From Escherichia coli (GTDB lineage Bacteria > Pseudomonadota > Gammaproteobacteria > Enterobacterales > Enterobacteriaceae): a DNA stretch of 64,000 bases. The notes beneath the pieces are model-generated. The model searched no databases. It saw only the letters and a program-made list of their open reading frames with translations, and had not been told where the DNA came from. Location: NCBI RefSeq assembly GCF_003334355.1, contig NZ_QOWP01000013.1. The stretch is one strand, 5' to 3'. Shown in pieces: positions 39,020 to 55,655 of this stretch; the stretch's first letter is position 1, and each line of letters opens with the position of its first letter. Position numbers and translations under genes: made by a program.

Positions 39020-40138
39020 ATGAAATACGATCTCATCATTATTGGCAGCGGTTCCATAGGCGCTGCCGCCGGGTATTATGCAACCCGCGCCGGTTTAAAC
39101 GTGCTAATGACCGACGCCCATATGCCACCGCATCAACACGGCAGCCACCACGGCGATACGCGATTAATTCGCCATGCTTATGGTGAAGGCGAAAAGTATG
39201 TCCCACTGGTACTCCGCGCGCAAACACTGTGGGATGAGCTCTCCCGCCACAACGAAGATGATCCCATTTTTGTACGCTCTGGTGTCATTAACCTCGGCCC
39301 GGCTGACTCCGCATTTCTCGCCAACGTCGCCCACAGCGCCGAACAGTGGCAACTCAACGTCGAAAAGCTCGACGCGCAAGGGATTATGGCCCGCTGGCCA
39401 GAAATACGCGTCCCGGACAACTACATCGGCTTATTTGAGACTGATTCCGGTTTTTTGCGCAGCGAACTGGCGATTAAAACCTGGATCCAACTGGCGAAGG
39501 AAGCGGGCTGTGCGCAGCTGTTCAACTGCCCGGTCACCGCAATTCGTCATGACGATGATGGCGTAACTATTGAAACGGCTGACGGAGAGTATCAGGCGAA
39601 AAAAGCGATTGTCTGCGCGGGAACATGGGTAAAAGACCTGCTCCCGGAGCTGCCTGTCCAGCCCGTACGCAAAGTATTTGCCTGGTATCAGGCCGATGGT
39701 CGCTATAGCGTGAAGAATAAATTCCCGGCGTTTACCGGTGAACTGCCCAATGGCGATCAATATTATGGTTTTCCGGCAGAAAACGACGCGTTGAAGATTG
39801 GCAAACATAACGGAGGCCAGGTTATCCATTCAGCGGATGAACGTGTTCCGTTTGCGGAAGTGGTCAGCGATGGTTCGGAAGCCTTCCAGTTCTTGCGCAA
39901 TGTCTTGCCGGGTATCGGTTGCTGCCTGTACGGCGCTGCCTGCACCTATGATAATTCGCCTGACGAAGATTTTATTATCGATACCCTACCCGGTCACGAT
40001 AATACACTGCTCATTACCGGCCTGAGCGGGCACGGTTTTAAATTTGCGTCTGTTTTAGGGGAAATAGCTGCCGATTTTGCGCAAGACAAAAAAAGCGATT
40101 TTGATTTAACGCCATTCAGGCTTTCCCGCTTCCAATAA
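39020..40138 (+). CDS. solA: N-methyl-L-tryptophan oxidase
   Basis: 372-aa FAD-dependent oxidase with dinucleotide-binding motif [13 protein letters not shown]. Confidence 0.95.
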
Positions 40139-40158
40139 TCATCATTACGGCCTCCAGA

Positions 40159-40299
40159 ATGAGGCCGTTTTTACAGGAGTATTTAATGCGTCGGCTGTTG
40201 CACTATCTCATCAATAATATTCGCGAGCATCTGATGCTTTATCTTTTTCTCTGGGGATTGTTGGCAATTATGGATCTGATCTATGTGTTTTATTTTTAG
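40159..40299 (+). CDS. yceO: Small hydrophobic protein (46 aa)
   Basis: Short [49 protein letters not shown]; below the ORF-track size cut-off; coding status not testable from sequence alone. Confidence 0.5.
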
Positions 40300-40559
40300 T
40301 TTTCCGCACTGACATAAACTGACAAATATTTAATCTCCCTTTCATTTAGTGTGAAAAATTGAATGAGATTATTCCTGCTTCTACAGCACTCACCAGACAT
40401 CTCTGATGCTGAACCCACTAAACTTATGAAGATTCTTTCATTATTAATTCAAAATTATTGAAATAAAAATAAATATCATTCAATTTGTTATTTTTGTGTT
40501 GCAATTCATTCTCCGACACGCCATTTTCTTTCTCTCGCAAATTCGTTTTGGATGCACTT

Positions 40560-41126
40560 ATGTCATTCACAAATACCCCTGAACGCTATGGTGTTATATC
40601 TGCGGCCTTCCATTGGCTAAGCGCAATTATTGTCTACGGCATGTTTGCTTTAGGTCTGTGGATGGTCACGCTCAGTTATTACGATGGCTGGTATCACAAA
40701 GCACCCGAACTGCATAAAAGCATCGGTATTTTGTTAATGATGGGGCTGGTTATTCGCGTTCTGTGGCGTGTCATATCTCCACCGCCGGGTCCGCTGCCGA
40801 GTTATTCGCCCATGACTCGTCTTGCCGCAAGAGCTGGACATCTCGCATTGTACCTATTGCTTTTCGCCATCGGCATCAGCGGCTATCTGATCTCAACTGC
40901 CGATGGTAAACCGATCAGCGTTTTTGGCTGGTTTGACGTCCCCGCGACCCTTGCCGACGCTGGCGCACAGGCAGACTTTGCCGGTGCCCTGCATTTTTGG
41001 CTCGCGTGGAGCGTCGTAGTACTGTCCGTTATGCACGGATTTATGGCCCTGAAGCATCATTTCATCGATAAAGACGACACTCTGAAGCGCATGCTGGGAA
41101 AGTCGTCATCTGACTATGGAGTATAA
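40560..41126 (+). CDS. yceJ: Cytochrome b561-family membrane protein
   Basis: Start placed at internal Met (MSFTNTPERYG...) to give 188 aa; four predicted TM helices with conserved His. Confidence 0.88.
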   Translation: MSFTNTPERYGVISAAFHWLSAIIVYGMFALGLWMVTLSYYDGWYHKAPELHKSIGILLMMGLVIRVLWRVISPPPGPLPSYSPMTRLAARAGHLALYLLLFAIGISGYLISTADGKPISVFGWFDVPATLADAGAQADFAGALHFWLAWSVVVLSVMHGFMALKHHFIDKDDTLKRMLGKSSSDYGV

Positions 41127-41129
41127 AAA

Positions 41130-41705
41130 ATGAAAAAAAGCCTGCTTGGTTTAACCTTCGCGTCCCTGATGTTCTCTGCCGGTTCAGCGGTTGCCGCCGA
41201 TTACAAAATTGACAAAGAAGGTCAGCACGCCTTTGTTAATTTCCGCATCCAGCACCTTGGCTATAGCTGGTTATACGGCACCTTTAAAGATTTCGACGGT
41301 ACTTTTACCTTTGACGAAAAAAATCCGGCTGCCGATAAAGTGAATGTGACAATTAACACCACCAGCGTCGATACTAATCACGCCGAACGCGATAAACATC
41401 TTCGCAGTGCAGATTTCCTCAATACCGCAAAATATCCACAGGCAACATTCACCTCCACCAGCGTGAAGAAAGACGGTGACGAACTGGATATTACCGGCGA
41501 TCTGACGCTGAATGGCGTAACCAAACCCGTCACGCTGGAAGCGAAATTAATTGGTCAGGGCGACGACCCATGGGGTGGTAAACGTGCAGGCTTCGAGGCC
41601 GAAGGCAAAATTAAGCTCAAGGACTTCAATATCAAGACAGATTTAGGTCCAGCTTCTCAGGAAGTGGATCTGATTATTTCAGTGGAAGGCGTACAGCAGA
41701 AGTAA
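41130..41705 (+). CDS. yceI: Periplasmic YceI-family polyisoprenoid-binding protein
   Basis: 191-aa ORF with signal peptide, 3 nt after the yceJ stop. Confidence 0.93.
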
Positions 41706-41715
41706 GCGTGAAATG

Positions 41716-41740
41716 TTGCCGGATGGCACGCATCCGGCAA
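41716..41740. terminator. REP-like palindrome / bidirectional terminator between yceI and yceA
   Basis: ttgccggatg-gcacg-catccggcaa inverted repeat. Confidence 0.6.
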
Positions 41741-41746
41741 TGATAT

Positions 41747-42799
41747 TTATTCTGTTGGATCAGGAATGCACAGTGTTGTATTCAGACGTCCACGAGACTT
41801 ATTAAAGATCTTATTGCCATTTTCACGTCCTGCCCGACGGCGTCGCTGTTCTTCTGGCGGTAACGCGCTTTCTTCGCAGCAAATCTCACTACAACAACCT
41901 TTGTATTTTTCCGCGCATACTGGACACTGAATAAACAGCAGGTGGCAGCCATCATTTTTACAGTTGGTATGGCTGTCGCACGGCGCGCCGCACTGGTGGC
42001 AATGCGCGATAATCTCATCCGATATACGTTCGCCCATCCGCTCGTCAAAAACAAAATTTTTGCCAATAAAACGCACCGGCAAGCCCTGCTCGCGCGCCTT
42101 ACGGGCGTATTCAATAATTCCGCCCTCGATATGCCAGACTTTGTTGAATCCGTTATGTTTCATCCAGGCACTGGCCTTTTCACAACGAATGCCGCCGGTG
42201 CAGTACATGACGATTTTTTTATCTTTATGTGCCTGCATCATCTCGACTGCTTTTGGCAGCTGCTCACGGAAGGTATCTGCCGGAATTTCGAGCGCGTTTT
42301 CAAAGTGCCCCACTTCATACTCATAGTGGTTACGCATGTCGATAAATAGTGCATCGGGATCGTCAAGCATGGCGTTCACTTCCGCCGCTTGCAGATACTC
42401 ACCAACATTGCTGGCATCAAAGTGAGGATCGTCAATACCGTCGGCAACAATGCGATCGCGTACCTTCATGCGCAGTACCCAGAAGGATTTCCCGTCATCA
42501 TCCAACGCGATATTCAGGCGTAAACCCTCTAAAGCCGGGTCGAAGGCATAGAGCTGCGCGCGAAATGTTTCAACATTGCTCGCAGGTACGCTGATTTGCG
42601 CGTTAATGCCCTCATGCGCCAGATACACTCGCCCAAAAACATTCAGCGCGGTAAACAGCTGATATAAAGCGTCACGGGTCGCCTTAGGATCGGCGATGTG
42701 GAAATACTTGTAAAACGAAATGGTGGTTCGCGGTTCGCTCTCAGCCAACATTTTGGCTTTTAGCGCGTCGTTGGAAATGCGGTTGTGTAACACTGGCAT
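41747..42799 (-). CDS. yceA: Rhodanese-domain tRNA uridine(34) hydroxylase
   Basis: Start placed at internal Met ([17 protein letters not shown]...) to give 350 aa; rhodanese active-site Cys ([10 protein letters not shown]) and C-terminal Cys cluster. Confidence 0.88.
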
Positions 42800-43023
42800 G
42801 GTGTACGGTTCCTGCGAGATGGGAAAGTAAAAATCCGCGGCATGATATAGCAATTATCGATAATTAACATCCACACATTTTACGCTACATTTGCGCATTA
42901 AAAATTATTTGTTATTTACAAGCGCGGCAATTTCGCCCAGTCTTCAGCCACAAATTTTGGTTGCGGGCGAAAAAATGCGACAATACATACAATTGCCCGA
43001 ATAGGTTGAAAAACAGGATTGAT

Positions 43024-43944
43024 ATGACGAATCTACCCAAGTTCTCCACCGCACTGCTTCATCCGCGTTATTGGTTAACCTGGTTGGGTATTGGCGTACT
43101 TTGGTTAGTCGTGCAATTGCCCTACCCGGTTATCTACCGCCTCGGTTGTGGATTAGGAAAACTGGCGTTACGTTTTATGAAACGACGCGCAAAAATTGTG
43201 CATCGCAACCTGGAACTGTGCTTCCCGGAAATGAGCGAACAAGAACGCCGTAAAATGGTGGTGAAGAATTTCGAATCCGTTGGCATGGGCCTGATGGAAA
43301 CCGGCATGGCGTGGTTCTGGCCGGACCGCCGAATCGCCCGCTGGACGGAAGTGATCGGCATGGAACACATTCGTGACGTGCAGGCGCAAAAACGCGGCAT
43401 CCTGTTAGTTGGCATCCATTTTCTGACACTGGAGCTGGGTGCGCGGCAGTTTGGTATGCAGGAACCGGGTATTGGCGTTTATCGCCCGAACGATAATCCA
43501 CTGATTGACTGGCTACAAACCTGGGGCCGTTTGCGCTCAAATAAATCGATGCTCGACCGCAAAGATTTAAAAGGCATGATTAAAGCCCTGAAAAAAGGCG
43601 AAGTGGTCTGGTACGCACCGGATCATGATTACGGCCCGCGCTCAAGCGTTTTCGTCCCGTTGTTTGCCGTTGAGCAGGCTGCGACCACGACCGGAACCTG
43701 GATGCTGGCACGGATGTCCGGCGCATGTCTGGTGCCCTTCGTTCCACGCCGTAAGCCAGATGGCAAAGGGTATCAATTGATTATGCTGCCGCCAGAGTGT
43801 TCTCCGCCACTGGATGATGCCGAAACTACCGCCGCGTGGATGAACAAAGTGGTCGAAAAATGCATCATGATGGCACCAGAGCAGTATATGTGGTTACACC
43901 GTCGCTTTAAAACACGCCCGGAAGGCGTTCCTTCACGCTATTAA
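43024..43944 (+). CDS. lpxL: Lipid A lauroyl acyltransferase
   Basis: Start placed at internal Met ([17 protein letters not shown]...) to give 306 aa; HtrB/MsbB-family acyltransferase. Confidence 0.92.
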
Positions 43945-43951
43945 ATCTCCC

Positions 43952-43982
43952 ATGCCGGATGCTTCAGAATGGCATCCGGCAT
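43952..43982 (+). terminator. Terminator hairpin downstream of lpxL
   Basis: Palindrome atgccggatgc-ttcagaatg-gcatccggcat. Confidence 0.6.
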
Positions 43983-44115
43983 TACCACAGCAAATCCCCC
44001 TGATTTAGCGATAAAAGCTCTCTGGATTGCGCCCCCTGGAAGTCGGGCGCATAATTAGTGTGCTTATCTTTTCTTCTTATGTTCACCGCGCCTGGCGCAC
44101 CAACAGCGGATTGCT

Positions 44116-45342
44116 ATGTCACCCTGTGAAAATGACACCCCTATAAACTGGAAACGAAACCTGATCGTCGCCTGGCTAGGCTGTTTTCTTACCGGTGCCG
44201 CCTTCAGTCTGGTAATGCCCTTCTTACCCCTCTACGTTGAGCAGCTTGGCGTTACCGGTCACTCCGCCCTGAATATGTGGTCCGGTATTGTCTTCAGCAT
44301 TACATTTTTATTTTCGGCCATCGCCTCACCGTTTTGGGGTGGACTCGCCGACCGTAAAGGCCGAAAACTCATGCTATTACGCTCTGCCCTCGGCATGGGC
44401 ATCGTGATGGTGTTGATGGGGCTGGCACAAAATATCTGGCAGTTTTTGATCCTGCGGGCGCTTCTTGGGTTACTTGGCGGATTTGTCCCCAACGCTAATG
44501 CTCTTATCGCCACACAAGTACCGCGTAATAAAAGCGGCTGGGCGCTGGGTACGCTCTCCACAGGCGGCGTTAGTGGTGCGTTGCTCGGCCCAATGGCTGG
44601 CGGCCTGCTCGCCGATAGCTACGGCTTACGTCCGGTATTCTTTATTACCGCCAGTGTGCTCATACTCTGCTTTTTCGTCACCCTGTTTTGCATCAGAGAA
44701 AAATTCCAGCCGGTCAGCAAAAAAGAGATGCTGCACATGCGGGAAGTGGTGACATCACTTAAAAACCCGAAACTGGTACTCAGCCTGTTTGTCACTACGT
44801 TAATCATCCAGGTGGCGACGGGCTCAATTGCCCCCATTCTGACGCTGTATGTCCGCGAACTGGCGGGTAACGTCAGTAACGTCGCCTTTATCAGTGGCAT
44901 GATCGCCTCGGTGCCAGGCGTGGCGGCTCTGCTAAGTGCACCACGACTCGGCAAACTTGGCGATCGAATCGGACCCGAAAAGATCCTGATTACAGCGCTG
45001 ATCTTTTCTGTACTGCTGTTGATCCCAATGTCTTACGTTCAGACGCCATTGCAACTTGGGATTTTACGTTTTTTGCTCGGTGCCGCCGATGGTGCACTAC
45101 TCCCCGCCGTACAGACACTGTTGGTTTACAACTCGAGCAACCAGATCGCCGGGCGTATCTTCAGCTATAACCAATCGTTTCGTGATATTGGCAACGTTAC
45201 CGGACCATTGATGGGAGCAGCGATTTCAGCGAACTACGGTTTCAGAGCGGTATTTCTCGTCACCGCTGGCGTAGTGTTATTCAACGCAGTCTATTCATGG
45301 AACAGTCTACGTCGTCGTCGAATACCCCAGGTATCGAACTGA
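44116..45342 (+). CDS. mdtG: MFS multidrug efflux transporter
   Basis: 408-aa 12-TM MFS ORF. Confidence 0.93.
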
Positions 45343-45424
45343 TTTTTCGCCTTTCATACTTGCAAAAGCGGAGAATCAGCTATCCTTTTCCCTGAAACCT
45401 CATCAACTCAAAGGGAGAATCGTG

Positions 45425-45799
45425 ATGACCATGTACGCAACGCTTGAAGAAGCCATTGACGCTGCACGCGAAGAATTTCTTGCAGACAACCCCGGCATCG
45501 ACGCCGAAGATGCGAATGTGCAACAGTTCAATGCCCAAAAATACGTTTTGCAGGACGGCGACATCATGTGGCAAGTTGAGTTTTTTGCCGACGAAGGGGA
45601 AGAAGGTGAATGTTTACCTATGCTTAGCGGTGAAGCCGCGCAAAGTGTTTTTGATGGCGACTATGATGAGATAGAGATACGCCAGGAGTGGCAGGAAGAG
45701 AATACATTACATGAATGGGACGAGGGGGAATTTCAGCTTGAGCCACCGCTGGATACCGAGGAAGGACGCGCAGCAGCTGATGAGTGGGATGAACGTTAA
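45425..45799 (+). CDS. msyB: Highly acidic protein (multicopy suppressor of secY)
   Basis: 124-aa ORF MTMYATLEEAIDAAREEF... with a very high Asp/Glu content. Confidence 0.9.
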   Translation: MTMYATLEEAIDAAREEFLADNPGIDAEDANVQQFNAQKYVLQDGDIMWQVEFFADEGEEGECLPMLSGEAAQSVFDGDYDEIEIRQEWQEENTLHEWDEGEFQLEPPLDTEEGRAAADEWDER

Positions 45800-46027
45800 T
45801 CACTCATACGGGCCATGATGAATGTCGATCGGCAGCAGTAAAGTATCAAAAACCAGAGAGAATGGCAGATCAAGGATCGTGACATAACGCCAGGCGGAGT
45901 CACGCACATCCCATTGCACACCGGGATAATATTGGTTGCCATGCCCCTGCCCCGGTATAGTGCGACTAATAATGCTGCCACAGCCACTCAGCAAGGTCAC
46001 CATGATGCTCACCACAATTAAACGCAT
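45800..46027 (-). CDS. yceK: Small lipoprotein
   Basis: 75-aa ORF with lipobox LLSGC. Confidence 0.85.
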   Translation of the reverse strand: MRLIVVSIMVTLLSGCGSIISRTIPGQGHGNQYYPGVQWDVRDSAWRYVTILDLPFSLVFDTLLLPIDIHHGPYE

Positions 46028-46043
46028 TTGATACCTCTTTCGT

Positions 46044-46077
46044 AAAAAAATACCGGCATAACGCCGGTATTTTTATT
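46044..46077 (-). terminator. Terminator hairpin downstream of opgH (minus strand)
   Basis: ataccggc-ataac-gccggtat flanked by A- and T-runs. Confidence 0.55.
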
Positions 46078-46090
46078 GGCTCGTTGTTTT

Positions 46091-46195
46091 TGCCGGATGC
46101 GGCGTGAACGCCTTATCCGACCCACAAAGTCTTGCAAAATCAATAAATTGCAGGAACGATGTAGGCCTGATAAGCGTAGCGCATCAGGCAACTAC
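46091..46195. repeat. BIME: two REP elements in opposite orientation
   Basis: tgccggatgcggcgtgaacgccttatccgacc and gtaggcctgataagcgtagcgcatcaggcaactac. Confidence 0.75.
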
Positions 46196-46199
46196 GTTT

Positions 46200-50664
<4,465 letters not shown>

Positions 50665-51822
50665 ATGAACCCAGTACCCGCGCAACGTGAATATTTCCTC
50701 GACTCCATCCGCGCCTGGCTGATGTTGTTAGGGATACCTTTTCATATTTCTTTAATCTATTCGAGCCATACATGGCATGTGAATAGCGCCGAACCATCAT
50801 TGTGGCTGACCCTTTTTAATGACTTCATCCACTCGTTCCGCATGCAGGTATTTTTCGTTATATCCGGCTACTTTTCCTACATGCTTTTTTTACGCTATCC
50901 CTTGAAAAAATGGTGGAAAGTACGTGTCGAACGTGTAGGTATCCCGATGTTAACAGCCATCCCCCTACTGACATTACCGCAATTTATTATGCTGCAATAT
51001 GTCAAAGGAAAAGCGGAAAGTTGGCCTGGGCTGTCATTGTATGACAAATATAATACGTTGGCCTGGGAATTAATATCACACCTGTGGTTTTTACTGGTGT
51101 TAGTGGTCATGACGACGCTGTGCGTATGGATATTTAAGCGCATCAGAAATAATTTAGAAAATTCTGATAAAACGAATAAAAAATTCTCGATGGTAAAACT
51201 ATCGGTGATTTTTTTATGCCTCGGCATCGGTTATGCGGTAATAAGAAGAACGATTTTTATTATGTATCCGCCCATTCTGAGTAATGGCATGTTCAATTTT
51301 ATTGTCATGCAAACGCTGTTTTATTTGCCGTTCTTTATCCTCGGCGCACTGGCTTTCATTTTCCCTCATCTTAAAGCCTTGTTTACCACGCCGTCTCGTG
51401 GCTGTACCCTTGCAGCAGCATTGGCGTTTGTCGCTTATTTACTCAACCAGCGCTATGGCAGTGGCGATGCCTGGATGTACGAAACCGAGTCGGTGATCAC
51501 CATGGTCCTCGGTCTGTGGATGGTGAATGTGGTCTTCTCCTTTGGCCACCGTTTGCTTAACTTCCAGTCAGCGCGGGTGACTTATTTTGTTAACGCATCG
51601 CTGTTTATCTATCTGGTTCACCACCCGTTAACGCTGTTTTTCGGCGCATACATTACACCGCACATCACCTCCAACTGGCTTGGTTTTCTCTGTGGCCTGA
51701 TATTTGTAGTAGGGATTGCGATAATTCTGTATGAAATTCATTTGCGCATCCCGTTACTGAAGTTTTTGTTCTCTGGTAAACCGGTTGTTAAGCGTGAGAA
51801 CGATAAAGCACCAGCCCGTTAA
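50665..51822 (+). CDS. opgC: OPG succinyltransferase (membrane acyltransferase-3 family)
   Basis: 385-aa polytopic membrane ORF. Confidence 0.92.
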   Translation: MNPVPAQREYFLDSIRAWLMLLGIPFHISLIYSSHTWHVNSAEPSLWLTLFNDFIHSFRMQVFFVISGYFSYMLFLRYPLKKWWKVRVERVGIPMLTAIPLLTLPQFIMLQYVKGKAESWPGLSLYDKYNTLAWELISHLWFLLVLVVMTTLCVWIFKRIRNNLENSDKTNKKFSMVKLSVIFLCLGIGYAVIRRTIFIMYPPILSNGMFNFIVMQTLFYLPFFILGALAFIFPHLKALFTTPSRGCTLAAALAFVAYLLNQRYGSGDAWMYETESVITMVLGLWMVNVVFSFGHRLLNFQSARVTYFVNASLFIYLVHHPLTLFFGAYITPHITSNWLGFLCGLIFVVGIAIILYEIHLRIPLLKFLFSGKPVVKRENDKAPAR

Positions 51823-51829
51823 GCCACAT

Positions 51830-53251
51830 TTACAATAACCATTCCACGGGCAATATCGACGCCAGTCTGACCATAACCCGCTTCCAGAAACTGGTGGCGG
51901 GTTCTTTTTTGAGAATAATCTCTTTCTTTGCATGACGATCAACCCAGTTGATCCGTCCCCACCTGTCCAGACGGAGCTGCCAGGCCGCATCATACTGGCT
52001 CTGAATAAAGCGTTTATCAATTAACTGTGCCAGCGTTTCGCTCTCTATCACGAAGCCCATTTCAGTATTGAGCAATGTTGAACGCGGATCGAAATTGAAA
52101 GAGCCGATAAACACCGTTTTACCATCGATGCTAAAGGTTTTAGCATGCAGGCTGGCTCCGGAATTACCGGTTATGCCGCGATCGTGTAACGTACTACTTT
52201 GTTCACGCGTCGGCTTGAGTTCATATAATTCCACGCCATAGCGGAGCAATTTTTTGCGCCAGCGCGCGTATCCGGCATGGACGACAGCAACATCGTTAGC
52301 GGCAAGAGAATTGGTTAGGATCGCAATCTTTACCCCTTTTCTCACCATCCGTAAGAGTTGCGCCACACCTGCGCGTGTCGGTACAAAATAGGAAGAGATA
52401 ATATCGATGCGTTCACTGGGTGAGCCCATGATATCGAACAGGCGCTGCGGTAACAGTGAATGCCGTTTTGCCTTGCCCTCCCCTTTCGCCGGATCATCAC
52501 TTAATAAACGTGTCTTCGCCCAGATAAGCGGCAATGTTCCATCAACCAGATGATTTATAAATGGACTGGATTCCATTTTGCGTAAATAACGATGCGTCAT
52601 GGCATCGTTATGCCAGGAGGCGGGTAACTCGATGCGATCCGCCATTTCACCCTCCGGGACATCCAGCACCTGCTGTAAGGGTGAAACCGATTTGCAATAC
52701 CAGTAGCGGGCGAAATCATCGGCAACGTCCTCTACCACGGGTCCTATTGCCATGACATCTAAATCCGAAAAAAGTGGCTCCTCCCCTGCTCCAAAATAGG
52801 CATCACCAATATTTCGTCCTCCCACCAGGGTCACCACGCCATCGACAGTGAAACTTTTATTGTGCATACGGCGATTAAGACGGGAAAAGTCGGTGATATA
52901 ACCAAGCGGACGCAGCAAGCGAAACGAGAAAGGATTAAAAAGCCGGACTTCAATGCGTGGATGACTGTCAAGCAAGCGTAAAATGTCGTCAAGTCCGGGC
53001 GTATTGTTGTCGTCCAGCAACAAACGGACGCGAACGCCACGCTTTGCTGCGGCTAACAGGGCGGAAAACAGTAACCGACCCGACATATCGTCCTGCCAGA
53101 TGTAATACTGAACATCGAGCGTATGCTCTGCCATTTCGGCCAGACGATACCGGGCGGCAAACGCATCCAGACTTTTCTCCAGAGGAAAAAGGCCACACTG
53201 ACCGGGATGTTGCGAACACAGTGGCAGCACCGCGCTCGCCAGCCGGGGCAA
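51830..53251 (-). CDS. clsC: Cardiolipin synthase C (PLD family, two HKD motifs)
   Basis: ORF track frame 51830..53320; expected 473-aa product implies a start near 53251, but the exact start codon is uncertain. Confidence 0.8.
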   Translation of the reverse strand: MPRLASAVLPLCSQHPGQCGLFPLEKSLDAFAARYRLAEMAEHTLDVQYYIWQDDMSGRLLFSALLAAAKRGVRVRLLLDDNNTPGLDDILRLLDSHPRIEVRLFNPFSFRLLRPLGYITDFSRLNRRMHNKSFTVDGVVTLVGGRNIGDAYFGAGEEPLFSDLDVMAIGPVVEDVADDFARYWYCKSVSPLQQVLDVPEGEMADRIELPASWHNDAMTHRYLRKMESSPFINHLVDGTLPLIWAKTRLLSDDPAKGEGKAKRHSLLPQRLFDIMGSPSERIDIISSYFVPTRAGVAQLLRMVRKGVKIAILTNSLAANDVAVVHAGYARWRKKLLRYGVELYELKPTREQSSTLHDRGITGNSGASLHAKTFSIDGKTVFIGSFNFDPRSTLLNTEMGFVIESETLAQLIDKRFIQSQYDAAWQLRLDRWGRINWVDRHAKKEIILKKEPATSFWKRVMVRLASILPVEWLL

Positions 53252-53252
53252 A

Positions 53253-53786
53253 TCATTCATCTCCTTGTTGGGTAAGGAGTCTTTCGTAGAGGTGGGCGTT
53301 TTCTTCATCATAACAGACAAAGTATACCTGTTCGGGTAAAGCGTGACGGGTAATAAATTCTGAAACGGTTTTTACTGCGATTTCAGCCGCTGCCGCACGA
53401 GGGTAACCATAAACCCCAGTACTGATTGCAGGAAAAGCCACTGACGTATAGCTGTTTGCCGCCACCAGTCGTAGGCTATTGAGATAGGCATCCTGCAAAA
53501 GCTGGTCTTCGTTTTGTTCACCACCACGCCAGACTGGCCCGACGGTGTGCACTACGGCTTTAGCGGGAAGATCGCCTGCAAGCGTAATAACGGCATGCCC
53601 CGTAGGGCAATCGCCCTGCTGTTGCCTGACTTTTAAACAGGCATCCAGTAGGGCCGGACCCGCTGCGCGATGAATGGCCCCATCGACGCCGCCACCTCCC
53701 ATTAATGAAGGATTAGCCGCATTCACAATCACATCAACGGCCAGTTTGGTAATATCACCCTGCACAACATGAATACGCGTTTTCAT
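53253..53786 (-). CDS. ymdB: Macrodomain O-acetyl-ADP-ribose deacetylase
   Basis: 177-aa macro-domain ORF ([25 protein letters not shown]...). Confidence 0.94.
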
Positions 53787-53880
53787 AACGCCTCCTTACA
53801 CCTTCTTGTTTCTTAAGTGTACAGCAGGCTTTTTGGTTAAATCGCATTTTTCTACTCAGCAACGTGAGTTGTTCAGAAAC

Positions 53881-54645
<765 letters not shown>

Positions 54646-54703
54646 ATTCTTCTCCCGAAAAAAAACAGGGCTTGCGCCCTGTTTCTGTAATACAAATGAT
54701 GTA

Positions 54704-55159
54704 TTAGTACTGATGAGCGGTCGCGTTGTTACCAAAGCCAACCTGAGTCACGTTGACGGAGGAGTTAGATGCAGTCTGGTCAACTGCAGCACCGTTGCCA
54801 CCACCGAACTGTTTAACCGTCATTTCAGAATTTTTGCCGTTCCACTGATCAAGAGTAGCGCTGTTACCGAAGCCACGTTGGGTCAGATCGATTGAGCTGT
54901 CATCTGAGCCCTGACCAACATCTGCACCATTACCGCCGCCATGCTGGGTAATAGTCAAGTCAGAGTTACGGGCATCAGTTTGCAGAGCAAGTGCAGAGTT
55001 ACCGCCACCGTACTGGTAAATGTTCAGCTCAGAATTTGGGCCGCTATTATTACCGCCACCACCGTGGTTACCGCCGCCGCCGTACTGAGGAACAACACCT
55101 GCCAGAGCGCTACCGGAGAATACGATTGCTGCAATTGCTGCTACTTTTAAAAGTTTCAT
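54704..55159 (-). CDS. csgA: Major curlin subunit
   Basis: 151-aa ORF with five imperfect Gln/Asn/Gly-rich repeats (S-x5-Q-x-G-x-G-N-x-A). Confidence 0.96.
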   Translation of the reverse strand: MKLLKVAAIAAIVFSGSALAGVVPQYGGGGNHGGGGNNSGPNSELNIYQYGGGNSALALQTDARNSDLTITQHGGGNGADVGQGSDDSSIDLTQRGFGNSATLDQWNGKNSEMTVKQFGGGNGAAVDQTASNSSVNVTQVGFGNNATAHQY

Positions 55160-55199
55160 GTAAAACCCCCATCGGATTGATTTAAAAGTCGAATGGAAA

Positions 55200-55655
55200 T
55201 TAACGTTGTGTCACGCGAATAGCCATTTGCGACTGTCTCTGCACTACAATTGCCGTTTTTTGAGTACCATACTGTGTAATATTTGCTTTATTACCAGAAC
55301 CTTTCTGGATAATCATCGCAGTATTACCATAAGCACCTTGCGAAATACTGGCATCGTTGGCACTGCCCGCCTGATCAATATATGCAAGGTTATAATCTCC
55401 TGTCTGGTCAATCTTTGCCCGGTTGCTACTACCTTCTTGCGCAACAACCGCCAAAAGTTTTGAGCCTCCCTGCCGTAACTGAGCACTATTATTAGTCCCA
55501 GCTTGACCAATTATGGCTGCCTGATTAAATGAAGACTTACTCAATTCATTTACCGCGAAGTTATATTCTGAATTAGCTAAATCATAACCTGCTGCGGCTG
55601 CAATCCCAGGCGCACCCAGTATTGTTAACATCATAAATAACAATTTGTTTTTCAT
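55200..55655 (-). CDS. csgB: Curlin nucleator subunit
   Basis: Start placed at MKNKLLFMMLTILGAPGIAAA to give 151 aa; curlin repeats. Confidence 0.93.
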   Translation of the reverse strand: MKNKLLFMMLTILGAPGIAAAAGYDLANSEYNFAVNELSKSSFNQAAIIGQAGTNNSAQLRQGGSKLLAVVAQEGSSNRAKIDQTGDYNLAYIDQAGSANDASISQGAYGNTAMIIQKGSGNKANITQYGTQKTAIVVQRQSQMAIRVTQR

